From Macrostomum hystrix (Eukaryota > Animalia > Platyhelminthes): 64,000 bases of DNA. The DNA lies in contig CATNEN010000001.1 of NCBI GenBank assembly GCA_950097015.1, forward strand, positions 15,562,001 through 15,626,000, read 5' to 3'. The notes beneath the pieces are model-generated. The model did not search any database and was not told the DNA's origin. It saw nothing but the letters and a program-made list of their open reading frames with translations. Each line of letters starts with the position of its first letter. Position 1 is the stretch's first letter. This document shows, piece after piece, positions 12,001 to 27,000 of this stretch. The position numbers were made by a program, and so were the translations under genes.

Positions 12001-15000
12001 AGGGAAACGTCCAAAACCTCAGCGAATCGTCCAAAACCTCAGGGAATCGTCCAAAACCTCAGGGAATCGTCCAAAACCTCAGGGAATCGTCCAAAACCTC
12101 AGGGAATCGTCCAAAACCTCAGGGAATCGTCCAAAACCTCAGGGAATAGTCCAAAACCACAGGGAAACGTCCAAAACCTCAGCGAATCGTCCAAAACCAC
12201 AGGGAATCGTCCAAAACCTCAGGGAATCGTCCAAAACCACAGGGAATCGTCCAAAACCTCAGGAAATCGTCCAAAACCACAGGGAATCGTCCAAAACCAC
12301 AGGGAATCGTCCAAAACCTCAGGGAATCGTCCAAAACCACAGGGAATCGTCCAAAACCTCAGGGAATCGTCCAAAACCACAGGTAATCGTCCAAAACCTC
12401 AGGGAATCGTCCAAAACCTCAGGGATCGTCCAAAACCCCAGGAAATCGTTCAATACATTAAGAGCTCGTCTGAAAGCCTCAGGGAATCGTCCGAAACCTC
12501 AGGGAATCGTCCGAAACCTCAGCGAATCGTCCAAAACCTCAGCGAATCGTCCTAAACCGCAGGGAATAACCAGGTGAACAGGAAGTCCCTGAAACCCCGT
12601 GAAAGACCATCGCTTACCTGAGCTTGATGATTAACAGCACCTCTGGCAGGAATTTCAGCAAAGAATCCTGGAAAAATAACATGAAAACATTTTCATTCAA
12701 GTGAACCAGATTAGGATAATTGAATTAAAAAGTCTGTTTAACAGCCGACCTCTATTCTCGCATGCGATCTGCAGCAGGGGCTCAACAGGATTCTGATGCT
12801 GTCCAACTGAATAAGTGAATATCCTAATCTGAAAGGTTCGAATGAAGATTAAAACGATCTTTACTGGATGTGACAGTTTTTCTGTCTGTCTTTCTACAAC
12901 TCCTGTGCGTAATGCGACAGCAAATTTGAAAGCTCAAAATCAATTAACTGTACTCAAAAGGAAAATTAGACTCTATCAGTGCTCAGTGGATTGTTTGACT
13001 CAAGCTGGAATGCTATTAGAGAAGTTCCATTGAGTAGAAGCATCTAGAATGTGACATAAGAGATGCGTACAAAACTTGTTGTGTGAAAAACTAACGATAC
13101 TAAAGTACACAGGTGGTGCAGTAGGATAGATTTTGAGATCATAGGTGGGAGCTAAGGATGGTAGGTTAGAGTTTGAGCTGGGTGGTTAGAGTCTGAGATG
13201 CTAGGTTAGAGTCTGAGATGGTAGGTTAGACTTTGAGTAGGTTAGATTGAGTTTGAGTAGTGTAGGCGCCAAGTGGGCGCGCGTTCATTTAGCCGTGTTA
13301 GCTGTAGGCCCTGAGTTATATCGTAGTGTGCGTGGAGTTGCGAGCGATTAATGTACATCTGCACCCATCGGCCGCACGTTGCATGTTCATCACCAAATAT
13401 CAAATATAATCTATTGCTCAGAGCCTACTTCGCTTTAGGCTTTTTCGTCTACACAAATCATCTCTCGGCTCAGCACTCCTTACAAGTAGGTTGTTTCGAC
13501 TTTGAGTAGGTTGGTTCGAGTTTGAGTAGCTTGGTTCGAGTTTGAGTAGCTTGGTTCGACTTTGAGTAGGTTGGTTCGAGTTTGAGTAGCTTGGTTCGAG
13601 TTTGAGTAGCTTGGTTCGAGTTTGAGTAGGTTGGTTCGACTTTGAGTAGGTTTGTTCGAGTTTGAGTAGCTTGGTTCGAGTTTGAGTAGGTTGGTTCGAC
13701 TTTGAGTAGGTTGGTTCGAGTTTGAGTAGGTTGTTTCGACTTTGAGTAGGTTAGAGTCTGAGAATGTTGTTATTTTGGCGTGAGGGTCAAAGCTCAACTA
13801 TGAGAGCAGCTTGTTTCAATTTTAAGTTCTGAGTCTACTTTCATGCAGAAAGGTAAGCATGAGCAGCTAACCATGTCTAGGTAGGAGCTTTTCCGACGCC
13901 ATTGCTGAATAAGCTTCTTGGCGCTTGCAACATCGCCGCTGACGTCACCGTCTGACAGGATCATTATGATGCTGTTGCACATTGCGCCCTGGTTGCTGAC
14001 GGACAGGTTCTGAAACTGGGCTCAGGTGAGAACCTTTTTTAGTTCTATTTCGTGACGCTGCTTGAATCCAGGGCATGAGTTCGCAAGCGACAAAGACTCA
14101 CCAACTCAAACTGGTTGTACGCGAATTCGATAACATCGTTAAAGTTGACAATTCCATAGGCTTCCAAGTTCATGATTTCATCGAATAGGCGCTGAAATAA
14201 GTGTTGTGGACTTTGCCTTAATCAGCATAATAGCTTTTTAAATAGAGACTTTTAGCAATGTCACCTTTTTATTCCTCTGGGTGGCCTGCACAAATGACCG
14301 AAAGCAGGTGAGATTCGCACCTGCCTTGGCTGGCTCACTGTCCTCTATCAGGTGCGGCTTAGCGGTGTGATCCGGAGACACCTGCTTGCCCGGATACTGC
14401 GCGCGAATCAGGGAGCTGGACTGCAGTGTGAGCTTATCATCAGCTGGACTTAATCTCCTACTAGCTTAATCTCCTACTAGCTCAATCTCCTACTAGCTCA
14501 ATCTCCTACTAGCTCAATCTCCTAATAGCTCAATCTCCTACTAGCTCAATCTCCTACTAGCTCAATCTCCTACTAGCTCAATCTCCTACTAGCTCAATCT
14601 CCTACTAGCTCAATCTCCTACTAGCTCAATCTCCTACTAGCTCAATCTTCTACTAGTTCAATCTCCTACTAGCTCAATCTTCTACTAGCTCAATCTCCTA
14701 CTAGCTCAATCTCCTACTAGCTCAATCTCCTACTAGCTCAATCTCCTACTAGCTCAATCTCCTACTAGCTCAATCTCCTACTAGCTCAATCTGCTACTAG
14801 CTCAATCTTCTACTAGCTCAATCTCATACCAGCTCAATCTCATACTAGCTCAATCTCCTACTAGCTCAATCTCCTACTAGCTCAATCTCCTACTAGCTCA
14901 GTGTGATACCAGCTACGCAAATTTTCTTACTAGATCAAACAAATAATCTTATACTATTTCAATACCATTGTAGCTAAATCTCCCACTAACTCAAGTCTTA

Positions 15001-18000
15001 TCCCGACTCAAATCTCTCCCAGTTTTAAAAAATATTTGTAAATTTTTTCACCCTAAGTCAATCATTTTTGGGCGCTTCATTAAAACAAGAAACGAAAATG
15101 GCATTTGTCTAATGTTTCCAAGAATTATTCAGACATGAGGAACAACTAGTGAAATCTGAGAGAGAGTGCAGGCGCTGGGCAGGTCTGGAGAGAGCAGAAG
15201 CAAATGTTGACCCAGAACTGGCCCATCAGCAGTAGACAGGAAAGGGCATTGAAAAATGTCTTGTCAGAACCTTCCTGTCCATTGCTCACAGTTGCTCTAC
15301 CCCGGCCTACCGCCCATTGCTGCCACGGGTCATCTGTCAAATATTCGGCCGGATTTCTAGTTAGACCTGCGCTGCCCGGGCAACCCTGACTTCGCTTCCT
15401 TCCCTTCCCCCCTCCTCGCATATCCAAGACGATCTAAAAAAGTCCAAAATCCCTTATATTTTGAAGCCGCTTTTCGGCTTATTTTTTCAATCAGCCTGTC
15501 AGAACTTATCTACGCGCCGGAAGATTCTTATCTACCTGTTTTAATGCTTGTATATGCTTCACATTTTCTTACTCACCAAGAATCTTCTTAGAATCACACA
15601 ATCTTCTTAGGAGTAGAATCTCATCATTGTCCAGGACTCCATATTTTCTTAGAGTCACACAGTTTTTTCAAGAATGGAACCATTTTTCTTTGAATAGTAA
15701 ATTTTTTTCTGAGAATCGGAGAATCTTCTTAGAATGTGATCATTTACTATTTCTGAATTTCCTTAAAATCGGAAATTTCTCTTAGAATCCCATCATTCTC
15801 TTCAGAGTGTTGTAGTTTTCTTACTTCTTTCTGATATTTCTTTTTTAGAATCGCAGTAGTTTTTAAGAATCCCACGATTTTCCCAGAATCAAATCCTAAA
15901 AAATGTCATTATACCTTGGAATCTCGACGCATTCGTGTAATCTCATAATTTTTGGAATCTAACAGTTTTGTTAAAATTTGGTAAGATTTTAATATCCCAC
16001 CCCTTTCTTATCTCACCCCTTCTTATTAAAGTCTCGCCTATTCCGAAGAATCTCACCCTGTCTTAGAAAATCTCACCCCTGCCCGCTCATTATCTTGAAG
16101 TCTTACCTGAGCTACAGCAATGAAGTCATTTTCACCGAGGGTGTCAATCAGACTCTTCACGGCGTGTTTCGTTAAAGTCAACGACTGTCCGAGCATTGAC
16201 CCGCTCCTGCAATTATGCATTTAAATTATGTTACCTTCAAACCAATTACACGAATTGAATATTGTAAAATATTTCAATAATCAATCGATTTTCAAGAATG
16301 GCCCTCACGTGTCAATCAGAAATAGAATGTCCTTTGGACTGCTAGATCCTTGTGTATACCTGTGTTGGGTGAATAAAACAAGTAATGCTAGACAAGAAAA
16401 ATTTCTCTGAGCATTGTTGAAAGCGGCGAACTTGAGAATCACTAACCAAGGCCTTCGGCGAACGTCATACATGTCGATCTCGTTCTTCGGCTTGCGCCAC
16501 TTCATGCCTGCAGATTCAGCGTTTTGGCACCAATTTAAGATGAATTTAAGAAGAAAATCAAAGGCTTCGTGTTGAATTTTCTCACCTGGAAATATTCGGA
16601 AAATGCCTCGCTGTGAGCCGAAGTACTGCCACAGAAGGTCCGGGTCGTTGCGCTTGTTCTGGCTGAATATCTCGTCGAGTTTGGTTGACCAAACAATCTC
16701 GTTCAGGGCGCCAATGTCTGAAATTAACCAAGTAGTTCATTGTCAACGCGTTAACGGAAACAAAGAACAAGACGTCAACCTGCAGCACCGACCTCCGTTA
16801 AACATGTCGTTTGGAATGTAGACAGAGGACTCGTTCATCACGACACTCTGCAGGAACATTCTGTCGTACTGCATGCGCGCATCCGAGTCGTTCAACGTCT
16901 TGGCGCTGATGTAGGGCACGTGCCGCTCCTCGAGGTTCGGGTTCATTGTGTAGCCGACCACCGCCTTTTCTGCGAACCGAACCGCGGCCTGCGGAGTGGT
17001 TTGACAGATAAATCTATCTAGGTGCAGGATGAAGTGGCCCTAGAAGCGGTCTGGAGTGGGTCCAGTGGATAATGGCTTTGGCAATGAATGAATTTCAAAC
17101 AATATTTCTGCTCAGCCAAAGCTCTCCAAAGCAAGCAGCAGCGGTTAGTACAGGCATTGTGCAAACACGGGCGAAGGACAACTGCAGCTCTTAAACTGGG
17201 GCAGTTTCAGTTCTTGGCAAACCCAGAAGCTAACCCATAGTACGCCTTTTTTCTTGTTGAAGCAGAAAAACTACAACTCACTTGAAGAGTCCAGCCAAGA
17301 AGTATAAACGACTGAATTCTTAAAACTTCTATTGATGCCAGTTCCGATTTTAGCATCATTAAAATCTGATGGCATCGATAAAAAAGACGCAAGGCAAAGC
17401 AACAAACTGTGGCGCTTGTCCTCAGATGATTCTCAAAATCTAATTCAAAAGCCAAGTCCAAAATCAGATTTTAAATCACTTCATTAAGTATCGGTACTGA
17501 CCAAATCAAAGCAGAGGGAGTGCCCAAATCTGCATTCAATTATGTGGGCAGGATTAAAGGATTATTGTGCCTGAAATCCTCACGCCTGGCCAAGCAACAG
17601 CCAGCCAAGAGTCGCTGGGAATCTTCCAAGGCCTGCCGGCCATCTCTCTTCTGATGACTTTGGCTCCAAGAAATTTGATTTACACTTTCTTTGGTCCGGT
17701 CATCCACAGTGAGCTCGGCCGCTACTCAGAGTCCTGCTCTCAGCGCAGGTTCCGGCTGAGAAGGCAAGCCCATCAGTTCCTTCTAGTGAGAAATGAAATA
17801 GAGCCGCGACTTTGAGGAAAAAACTAGCGAACAAGCTCGCAGATATAGTTAGTGAGATCCTGCCTTCCCTTGGGCTGCGAGCGGGCGCCACTGACAAACT
17901 CAACCTCAGCGAAGACCACACACACGCGCACACACATAACACAATCAGTTTCTAGACTTCTTTATTATTTCAAGAAACAGTGCAAGCAATTGTTGGCCAG

Positions 18001-21000
18001 TGTTTTCATAGCATCGCGGATGTGACACATGCGGTAGGCTGTTAATACTAGGTGGCCAGATGCGCTTTCCTCTCGGCCATGGGAACCCAGTGGTTAATTG
18101 AATTACGCGGTCGTGAAGTGCACTTTGGGCCACTGAGCGCAAGGTGAAGAAACCTTGCAAAAGCAAACGCAGTTTTTTTTAAAAGAAGTTCAGATTGACT
18201 CCGGGCGACCCCACAATGCATTTTGAGCAGCTCAACCAGCGAAATCGTAAAAAATAATAGATGGCGACTAGCGCACTGGAAATCTGATCCATTGAGAGTC
18301 TGGACTGTACGATGGTCTCATAATGCTGGGCCTCTCAAATTCGCTTTCACACACAGAAACGGCTCACAGTTTTACAAAGTGCAATCATGGAAACCAACTG
18401 GCTGGGTGGATGCTAATTAATGAGCGCAGAATTTTGATTGACAAGTGACATCCGCTATTGACAGGTCCTGGTTGGGGCGAGTGACCAAATTTTCAAAAAA
18501 ACACACTAACAAAATTGAGAAGGACCCAATATTGCAGGTCTAATTAATTAAGAAGAAAGCAGGAGTGACTTGGAAAAAATGGAAACGTCTTCTGCGTTCG
18601 GTTTTGCTGCTGGCAAACCAACAACCACAAAAAAAGAAAATAAATTAATATTGCTGATTGACTAGCAGATTGCGAATATGAATATTTCACATTTAAGCTA
18701 TTTATCTAACGAAAGCATCTTATCTACCTATCTATTTATCTATTTATATTTATATATCTAACGGAAGTGAACACATATTAATAGATTAACAGAAGTTAAA
18801 ATATTGATAGATTAACGGAAGTGAACAGATCCATCAACATACAAAAAATAGAACTACCTGATATAAAAAATGGAATTACTTTACTACTACGAGCGTATAC
18901 TATTACTACTAAATTGAATATCTAGTAGGCATAGGTCTCATTCATTCGGCTAACATAAAATCTTCTATGCCCAGTGTGAGCATACTTTACTGTCCCAAAT
19001 CATTATTTAGTACAGGTAGTGGCTCTCTAGTTACCCCACTAATGAGACAGCGCCAGTCCAAAGCCAGAGGCATTATCGGACGGCCATCATCGATTTTTAT
19101 CCCACCAGATGGGAATGCTCAACCTGGCCGCCGTTTGAGCTGGAAATATCACTCTGCATTCATCTGTCACTCACCTTCAGTGCTGAGATCTTTTTCGTCA
19201 CAATGCGATTGAGTCTTGCGACCAAATCCTTCACCTCCTGCTCGGCCGTGGTCTGGCGAACTCTGAACCCGCCCGCAGCTCGGAGTCGCTCATATTCCTG
19301 GAAATTAGTTTATTTGAACTGCTTCAAGGTCTGGAGCAGTTGAGCCACGTTCCGTTCACCTAGACTCGAAGTAGAAGTTTAATCGGTCTCATCGTTTAAT
19401 TATTCTTAAAGTCCTCGCAGTTTACCAACCGCTCTGCTGCTATTGCCATGATGCTCAGGCCAAACTCAATCACCATTGAGATTTGAGAACAGCCACAGTA
19501 TAGAGACCCCCCCAGAGTAGCAGCACTTTTGATGGCAGCTCCCGGACTAACAAGCCTCCCTAACTGGGCCCCACTGCCGAACCCCATCGCGTTATTAAGT
19601 TGCAAAAGTGCATAATCCATTGGTGTTTGGCGAGGCCTAGATAGAGTTGGCGACTGCTGGGAGGAAGAGACTGAGGCGAGTAGAAAAAAATGGGAAGATG
19701 GCAACTTTGAAGATCCTGGACCGCGGTCAGCGCTGACCAAACCAACTGGCAGCCCTTTTGCCGAGCTCATTAAAAGCTGTTGGCTTGAAGAGGCTGATAC
19801 AGAGAGGCTGGGAGTGAGTGTGCAGGGCTGAGCAGAGGGAAGTGAAATCAAAAGCGACCGAGAGAGGCTTAGCTTGACATTCGCAGTGCCACTAGTAGAA
19901 TGAGGCCAAGCATGGCAGATATGAATGCAAACAGTTTTTTGTCATGCTGGACCCACCTGTTGCACGAGTTCTCGACGACTCTGTCTGTGAAACGCTTGGC
20001 GAAGTGTGAAAGCACCTTCAGAGGCTTGTTGACGCAGTCTAAAAAAGCAAAAAAAACTTTTTAAAATGTCAATAAATACGCAAATTAAATTAACTTAACT
20101 GTCTAATTAAAATAAAACTCAAGATTTCTAGGAAAATATTTATGGCAATCAACTGTTAACTGTAGTTAAAGATTACCTAGAAAAAACTATTTCCTGGAAA
20201 CAACGATTTCATAGAAGTAGCGATTTCCTAGTAGTAACGATTTCATGGAAATACCGATTTCCTAGAAGTCACGATTTTCTGGAACAAAAACGATTTTCTG
20301 GAAGTAACGATTTCCTGCAATTTACCGTTTCCAAAAGTTTGCAATTGCTAGAATTTATCCATTTTCTTCGATTGGTAAATCTATAAGTATAAATTGATCG
20401 TTGCTAAATTTAAGTTTCCTAAATTTCCAGAATAAGAAATCTTTTTTTTCACACTGTCCATCAGCAGTAGCGTATTTGCTAAAGCAGGTTTTCAGACATT
20501 TCTCCAAAAAATTTTGAAATTAAATTTTCTTTCGCATCCAGGCCAAAGAGACCCCGGAACTCCGTGGCTGCAGAAAATAAACTATAAATAATTGACGATA
20601 TAAGGCTAGAAATTCTCGCGACTACATTCCACTCTGCGTCACTTTAGGCCCTTTAAAAAAATCGGATATTATAGATAGCGAGATTGGATGAAACTGCAAT
20701 ACTGAAATTTGCGACCAAACTTGCCAAAACTGTGCTGCACTTTAGTCTGAAAGTGCCTTGGACTATTACTGGCGGTGAACCTGACAGTCAATTAGCAATT
20801 TGACTGACGCCTGGTTCCGTATCGTAAGCTAAACAATGGCACAGGATAGCTCCAGATTCTCGATATGGAGTTTGTTTATTAAAAATCCCGAATGATTGAT
20901 ATAAAAATCAATCATTGTAGTAGACACTTTTCCCTGTTTTTTAATCCCTTGGTTACTGAACGATTGCTGACTTTAAAGAAATGCCGCTTCGTTTGAAACT

Positions 21001-24000
21001 TTATTAATTCATAATTTCTAGGAATTCAAAGGATCCCAAAGTTAAAAAATCCAGGGATTCATGCAGAAATCCTAGGATTCACACAGAAATCCTGGGATTC
21101 ACATAGAAATCCTGGGATTCACATAGAAATCCTGGGATTCACATAGAAATCCTGGGATTCACACAGAAATCCTGGGATTCATGCAGAAATCCTGGGATTC
21201 ATACAGAAATCCTGGGATTCATACAGAAATCCTGGGATTCACACCGAAATCCTGGGATTCATAAATAAATCCTGGGATCTAGATGGAACTCCTGGGATTT
21301 AGATAGAAATCCTGGGATCTAGATAGATATCCTGTGATCTAGATAGAAATCCTGGGATCTAGATAGAAATCCTGGGATCCAGATAGAAATCCTGGGATTC
21401 ATGCAGAAATCCTGGGATTCATACAGAAATCCTGGGATTCACACCGAAATCCTGGGATTCATAAATAAATCCTGGGATCTAGATGGAACTCCTGGGATTT
21501 AGATAGAAATCCTGGGATCTAGATAGAAATCCTGTGATCTAGATAGAAATCCTGGGATCTAGATAGAAATCCTGGGATCCAGATAGAAATCCTGGGATTC
21601 ATGCAGAAATCCTGGGATTCATACAGAAATCCTGGGATTCACACCGAAATCCTGGGATTCATAAATAAATCCTGGGATCTAAATAGAACTCCTGGGATTT
21701 AGATAGAAATCCTGGGATCTAGATAGAAATCCTGTGATCTAGATAGAAATCCTGGGATCTAGATAGAAATCCTGGGATCCAGATAGAAATCCTGGGATTC
21801 ATACAGAAATCCTGGATCTAGATGGAACTCCTGGGATTTAGATAGAAATCCTAGGATCTAGATAGAAATCCTGGGATCTAGATAGAAATCTTATGATCTA
21901 GATAGAAATCCTGGGATCTAGATAGAAATCCTAGGATCTAGATAGAAATCCTGGGATCTAGATAGAAATCCTGTGATCTAGATAGAAATCCTGTGATCTA
22001 GATAGAAATCCTGGGATCTAGATAGAAATCCTGGGATCTAGATAGAAATCCTGGGATCTAGATAGAAATCCTGGAATCTAGGAAGAAATCCTGGAATCTA
22101 GGAAGAAATCCTGGGAGCTAGGAAGAAATCCTGGGAGCTAGGAAGAAATCCTGGAATCTAGGAAGAAATCCTGGGATCTGAATGGAACTCCTGGGATTTA
22201 GATAGAAATCCTGGGATCTAGATAGAAATCCTGGGATCTAGATATAAATCCTGGATCTAGATAGAAATCCTGGGATCTAGGAAGAAATCCTGGGATCTAG
22301 GAAGAAATCCTGCGGTCTAGATAGAAATGTTGCGATTCACAAAATTTTTGTAGCACATTTGTCCTGGGCTCAGCGGGAGTGAAAAGGCTTGTTGTCATGC
22401 TGTGTGATTCATGCACTAAAAGGGCCAACCTCATAGGCACAGTGATAGTGTACACTGCCTGACGATGAGATAGCCACGGCAGATGTACACGCCTGTGTGC
22501 GTGTGTGCTCAGGAGTCAGCGAAATGTGCAGAATAGCCTCCTATGTGCAGATTTGGCCGTGTCTACTGTCACCCAATGGTGTGCCATTGCCCACTGCTCT
22601 CCAGCAATGGCAATAAATCTGTCACAAAATGTACTTTTTATAAATCGTGATGACAGAACGTTGGTGAATTGAAACATTAATTGAAAGTAAGCATTGGAAA
22701 TAAAAAAAACAACCGGGTAAGACCCCAGCAGTTAAAACAAAGCAATTCAAAGATCGATGTTAGTCACTGACACTTGAGTTTATCAGCCTTCTTCACCCTT
22801 CTCTGCATTCCATCCAATTGATTTTTGGCAGATATGAGAGAGACAGTTGATGGTGACAATAGGAACAATAGGTGTCTCCCCGACTACACTCTGAGGAGTG
22901 GAGTTGAGCGCGACGGTAGATGTTTGACAGTCGTGTCTAGCAGGTTACTGGTTTGTTAACTTTGCAGCTGTCTTTAGGTGAGAATTATCTTCTTGAATTC
23001 TTGAATTCTGTCTGTTTTTCAGTTCAAAGTGAGCCGGTGCAGCTGTAATTCCTGTCTGCATTGATCCAGCTGAACAATTTGTCCCCAAGAGTATTGGAGA
23101 CACGGGAGACGGGAGATTGCGTTTGTCAATTTTGAAATTATCATCATCTCCGATATGTGAACTCTCACGATAGCTTAACAATGAATGAAAATGATAAAAG
23201 TGCGACTTGAATCAGCGGGTCGATGATTTTGATGGTTAACAAAGGAAGCTAGAAACATCGGGAGTTCGATTCTCTGCCCAAGGAATGCAGTCTGTCATTG
23301 AGCAAGGCACATCACTACAGTGGCGTTGCCAGGATTTTTTTCTAGGGGGGACGCACCTCTGGGAGACGCGACTACCATGAGGGCGCCACTACCATGAGGG
23401 CGCCACTACCATGAGGGCGCCACTACCATGAGGGCGCCACTACCATGAGGGCGCCACTACCATGAGGGCGCCACTACCATGAGGGCGCCAATTACCATGA
23501 GGGCGCCACTACCATGAGGGCGCCACTACCATGAGGGCGCCACTGCCATGAGGGCGCCACTACCATGAGGGCGCCACTACCATGAGGGCGCCACTACCAT
23601 GAGGGCGCCAATTACAATGAGGGCGCCACTACCATGAGGGCGCCACTACCATGAGGGCGCCAATTACCATGAGGGCGCCACTACCATGAGGGCGCCACTA
23701 CCATGAGGGCACCACTACCATGAGGGCGCCACTACCATGAGGGCGCCACTACCATGAGGGCGCCACTACCATGAGGGCGCCACTACCATGAGGGCGCCAC
23801 TACCATGAGGGCGCCACTACCATGAGGGCGCCAATTACCATGAGGGCGCCACTACCATGAGGGCGCCACTACCATGAGGGCGCCACTGCCATGAGGGCGC
23901 CACTACCATGAGGGCGCCACTACCATGAGGGCGCCACTACCATGAGGGCGCCAATTACAATGAGGGCGCCACTACCATGAGGGCGCCACTACCATGAGGG

Positions 24001-27000
24001 CGCCAATTACCATGAGGGCGCCACTACCATGAGGGCGCCACTACCATGAGGGCACCACTACCATGAGGGCGCCACTACCATGAGGGCGCCACTACCATGA
24101 GAGCGCCACTACCATGAGGGCGCCACTACCATGAGGGCGCCACTACCATAAGGGCGCCAATTACCATGAGGGCGCCACTACCATGAGGGCGCCACTACCA
24201 TGAGGGCGCCAATTACCATGAGGGCGCCAATTACCATGAGGGCGCCACTACCATGAGGGCGCCACTACCATGAGGGCGCCACTACCATGAGGGCGCCACT
24301 ACCATGAGGGCGCCACTACCATGAGGGCGCCACTACCATGAGGGCGCCACTACCATGAGGGCGCCACTACCATGAGGGCGCCACTACCATGAGGGCGCCA
24401 CTACCATGAGGGCGCCAATTACCATGAGGGCGCCACTACCATGAGGGCGCCACTACCATGAGGGCGCCACTGCCATGAGGGCGCCACTACCATGAGGGCG
24501 CCACTACCATGAGGGCGCCACTACCATGAGGGCGCCAATTACAATGAGGGCGCCACTACCATGAGGGCGCCACTACCATGAGGGCGCCAATTACCATGAG
24601 GGCGCCACTACCATGAGGGCGCCACTACCATGAGGGCACCACTACCATGAGGGCGCCACTACCATGAGGGCGCCACTACCATGAGAGCGCCACTACCATG
24701 AGGGCGCCACTACCATGAGGGCGCCACTACCATAAGGGCGCCAATTACCATGAGGGCGCCACTACCATGAGGGCGCCACTACCATGAGGGCGCCAATTAC
24801 CATGAGGGCGCCAATTACCATGAGGGCGCCACTACCATGAGGGCGCCACTACCATGAGGGCGCCACTACCATGAGGGCGCCACTACCATGAGGGCGCCAC
24901 TACCATGAGGGCGCCAATTACAATGAGGGCGCCACTACCATGAGGGCGCCACTACCATGAGGGCGCCACTACCATGAGGGCGCCACTACCATGAGAGCGC
25001 CACTACCATGAGGGCGCCACTACCATGAGGGCGCCACTACCATGAGGGCGCCACTACCATAAGGGCGCAAATTACCATGAGGGCGCCAATTACCATGAGG
25101 GCGCCACTACCATGAGGGCGCCACTACCATAAGGGCGCCAATTACCATGAGGGCGCCACTACCCATGAGGGCGCCACTACCATGAGGGCGCCACTACCAT
25201 GAGGGCGCCACTACCATGAGGGCGCCACTACCATGAGAGCGCCACTACCATGAGGGCGCCACTACCATGAGGGCGCCACTACCATGAGGGCGCCACTACC
25301 ATGAGAGCGCCACTACCATGAGGGCGCCACTACCATGAGGGCGCCACTACCATGAGGGCGCCACTACCATGAGGGCGCCACTACCATGAGGGCGCCGCTA
25401 CCATAAGGGCGCCAATTACCATGAGGGCGCCAATTACCATGAGGGCGCCACTACCATGAGGGCGCCACTACCATGAGGGCGCCACTACCATAAGGGCGCC
25501 AATTACCATGAGGGCGCCACTACCATGAGGGCGCCACTACCATGAGGGCGCCGCTACCATAAGGGCGCCGCTACCATAAGGGCGCCAATTACCATGAGGG
25601 CGCCAATTACCATGAGGGCGCCACTACCATGAGGGCGCCACTACCATGAGGGCGCCACTACCATGAGGGCGCCACTACCATGAGGGCGCCACTACCATGA
25701 GGGCGCCACTACCATGAGGGCGCCACTACCATGAGGGCGCCACTACCATGAGGGCGCCACTACCATAAGGGCGCCACTACCATAAGGGCGCCAATTACCA
25801 TGAGGGCGCCGCTACCATGAGGGCGCCACTACCAGTGGCTTCTATCTCTCTAATTTCTATCCATCTACAAATAGGATTTTATCAATATCTGCTCTGATAA
25901 TCGATAATACTCCTAGTTTTATGTTTACATTTTATTTTGGGAGTTAATTAATTCAGAGAAAATTACATTAATTATTGACGACCGTTGCGTTGCTCGCTAT
26001 AACACAAGTTAAAAGTTTTCGGACGAATTCAATTGCTGAATTGTCCCATTATCCAGTTCCGTGTACATACTGCTGCGTAGTTGGGAGTGACTGATGCCCA
26101 ATTACTGTTCTCGGCCTTGCATGCACAGCCAATATTTTAGTCTAGGTCCAGGTGCAGTCAGCCAGCACTGCCAAAAACGCTATTATGGATATTGCTTTCA
26201 GTGCCAACTATTTCCCAGCTCCGACTGCTTTTTTCCTACCTCTTATGTGGCTAATATAGAGGTATACGTCTGCGCGTGGCCTCTCTATTTCATTGGGCTT
26301 GGCATTAGCGATTATCAATTAAACAGATACGGATAACTGTTCAGCATCCAGGTTGAAAACTGGCTTGTTTTGAGAGTCTATTGTTTCATTTTTTTCTCTA
26401 GAAAAGAATAAAAAAACAAATCACAGTTTAAAAAAGCATAAAATGGCGAAATGAGTTTAGCAGCCAATTTTTCTGAGTGCCCACCAGTTGAAACTTAATG
26501 GGTTTCAAGATTTTAGGTTTTAGGCCCATTGTCCTGATACACGAAAAGTTCAACCATCATAGACACTGAGGCTTCACTACCAATACAGGGGCTGAGTAGC
26601 AGAATGGTCCGATGCATTTGCCTCTCGCAAAAATGTATCTGAGCTCGATTTCGCGGCGAGGCCACATTCATTTGTGGAATTTACGCCCTCGAGGGCCGAC
26701 CTCCAAGGCACAGTGAGACTGTACACTGCCTGAGGGTTCATAGGAAATACTCTGACTTCCTGTGAGCATTCCTATGAGCATCATTGCTTAAAATTTCAAT
26801 TATTTCGATGCAATGACATGTCTTGATGTGTGATGTGCCTGAGCGTGAACCCTTCGGAAAATGTTAATATTGCCACAGCCAGGTTAATGCACTTTTAAAA
26901 GTGTTTACCTTATTTAGAAAAAGTGTAGTACACAAATACCCCAATACACAAAAATCTATCTGTGATGAAAGTGTCACTACTTGATCTAATCTTCCGTGTC

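Noticed and set aside
19396-19851. Nested gene (SIMAIAAERL resembling GPCR TM3; DYALLQL resembling a protease)
   Set aside because: Isolated short resemblances with wrong Cys-Arg spacing, no other family motifs, and no supporting exon structure.
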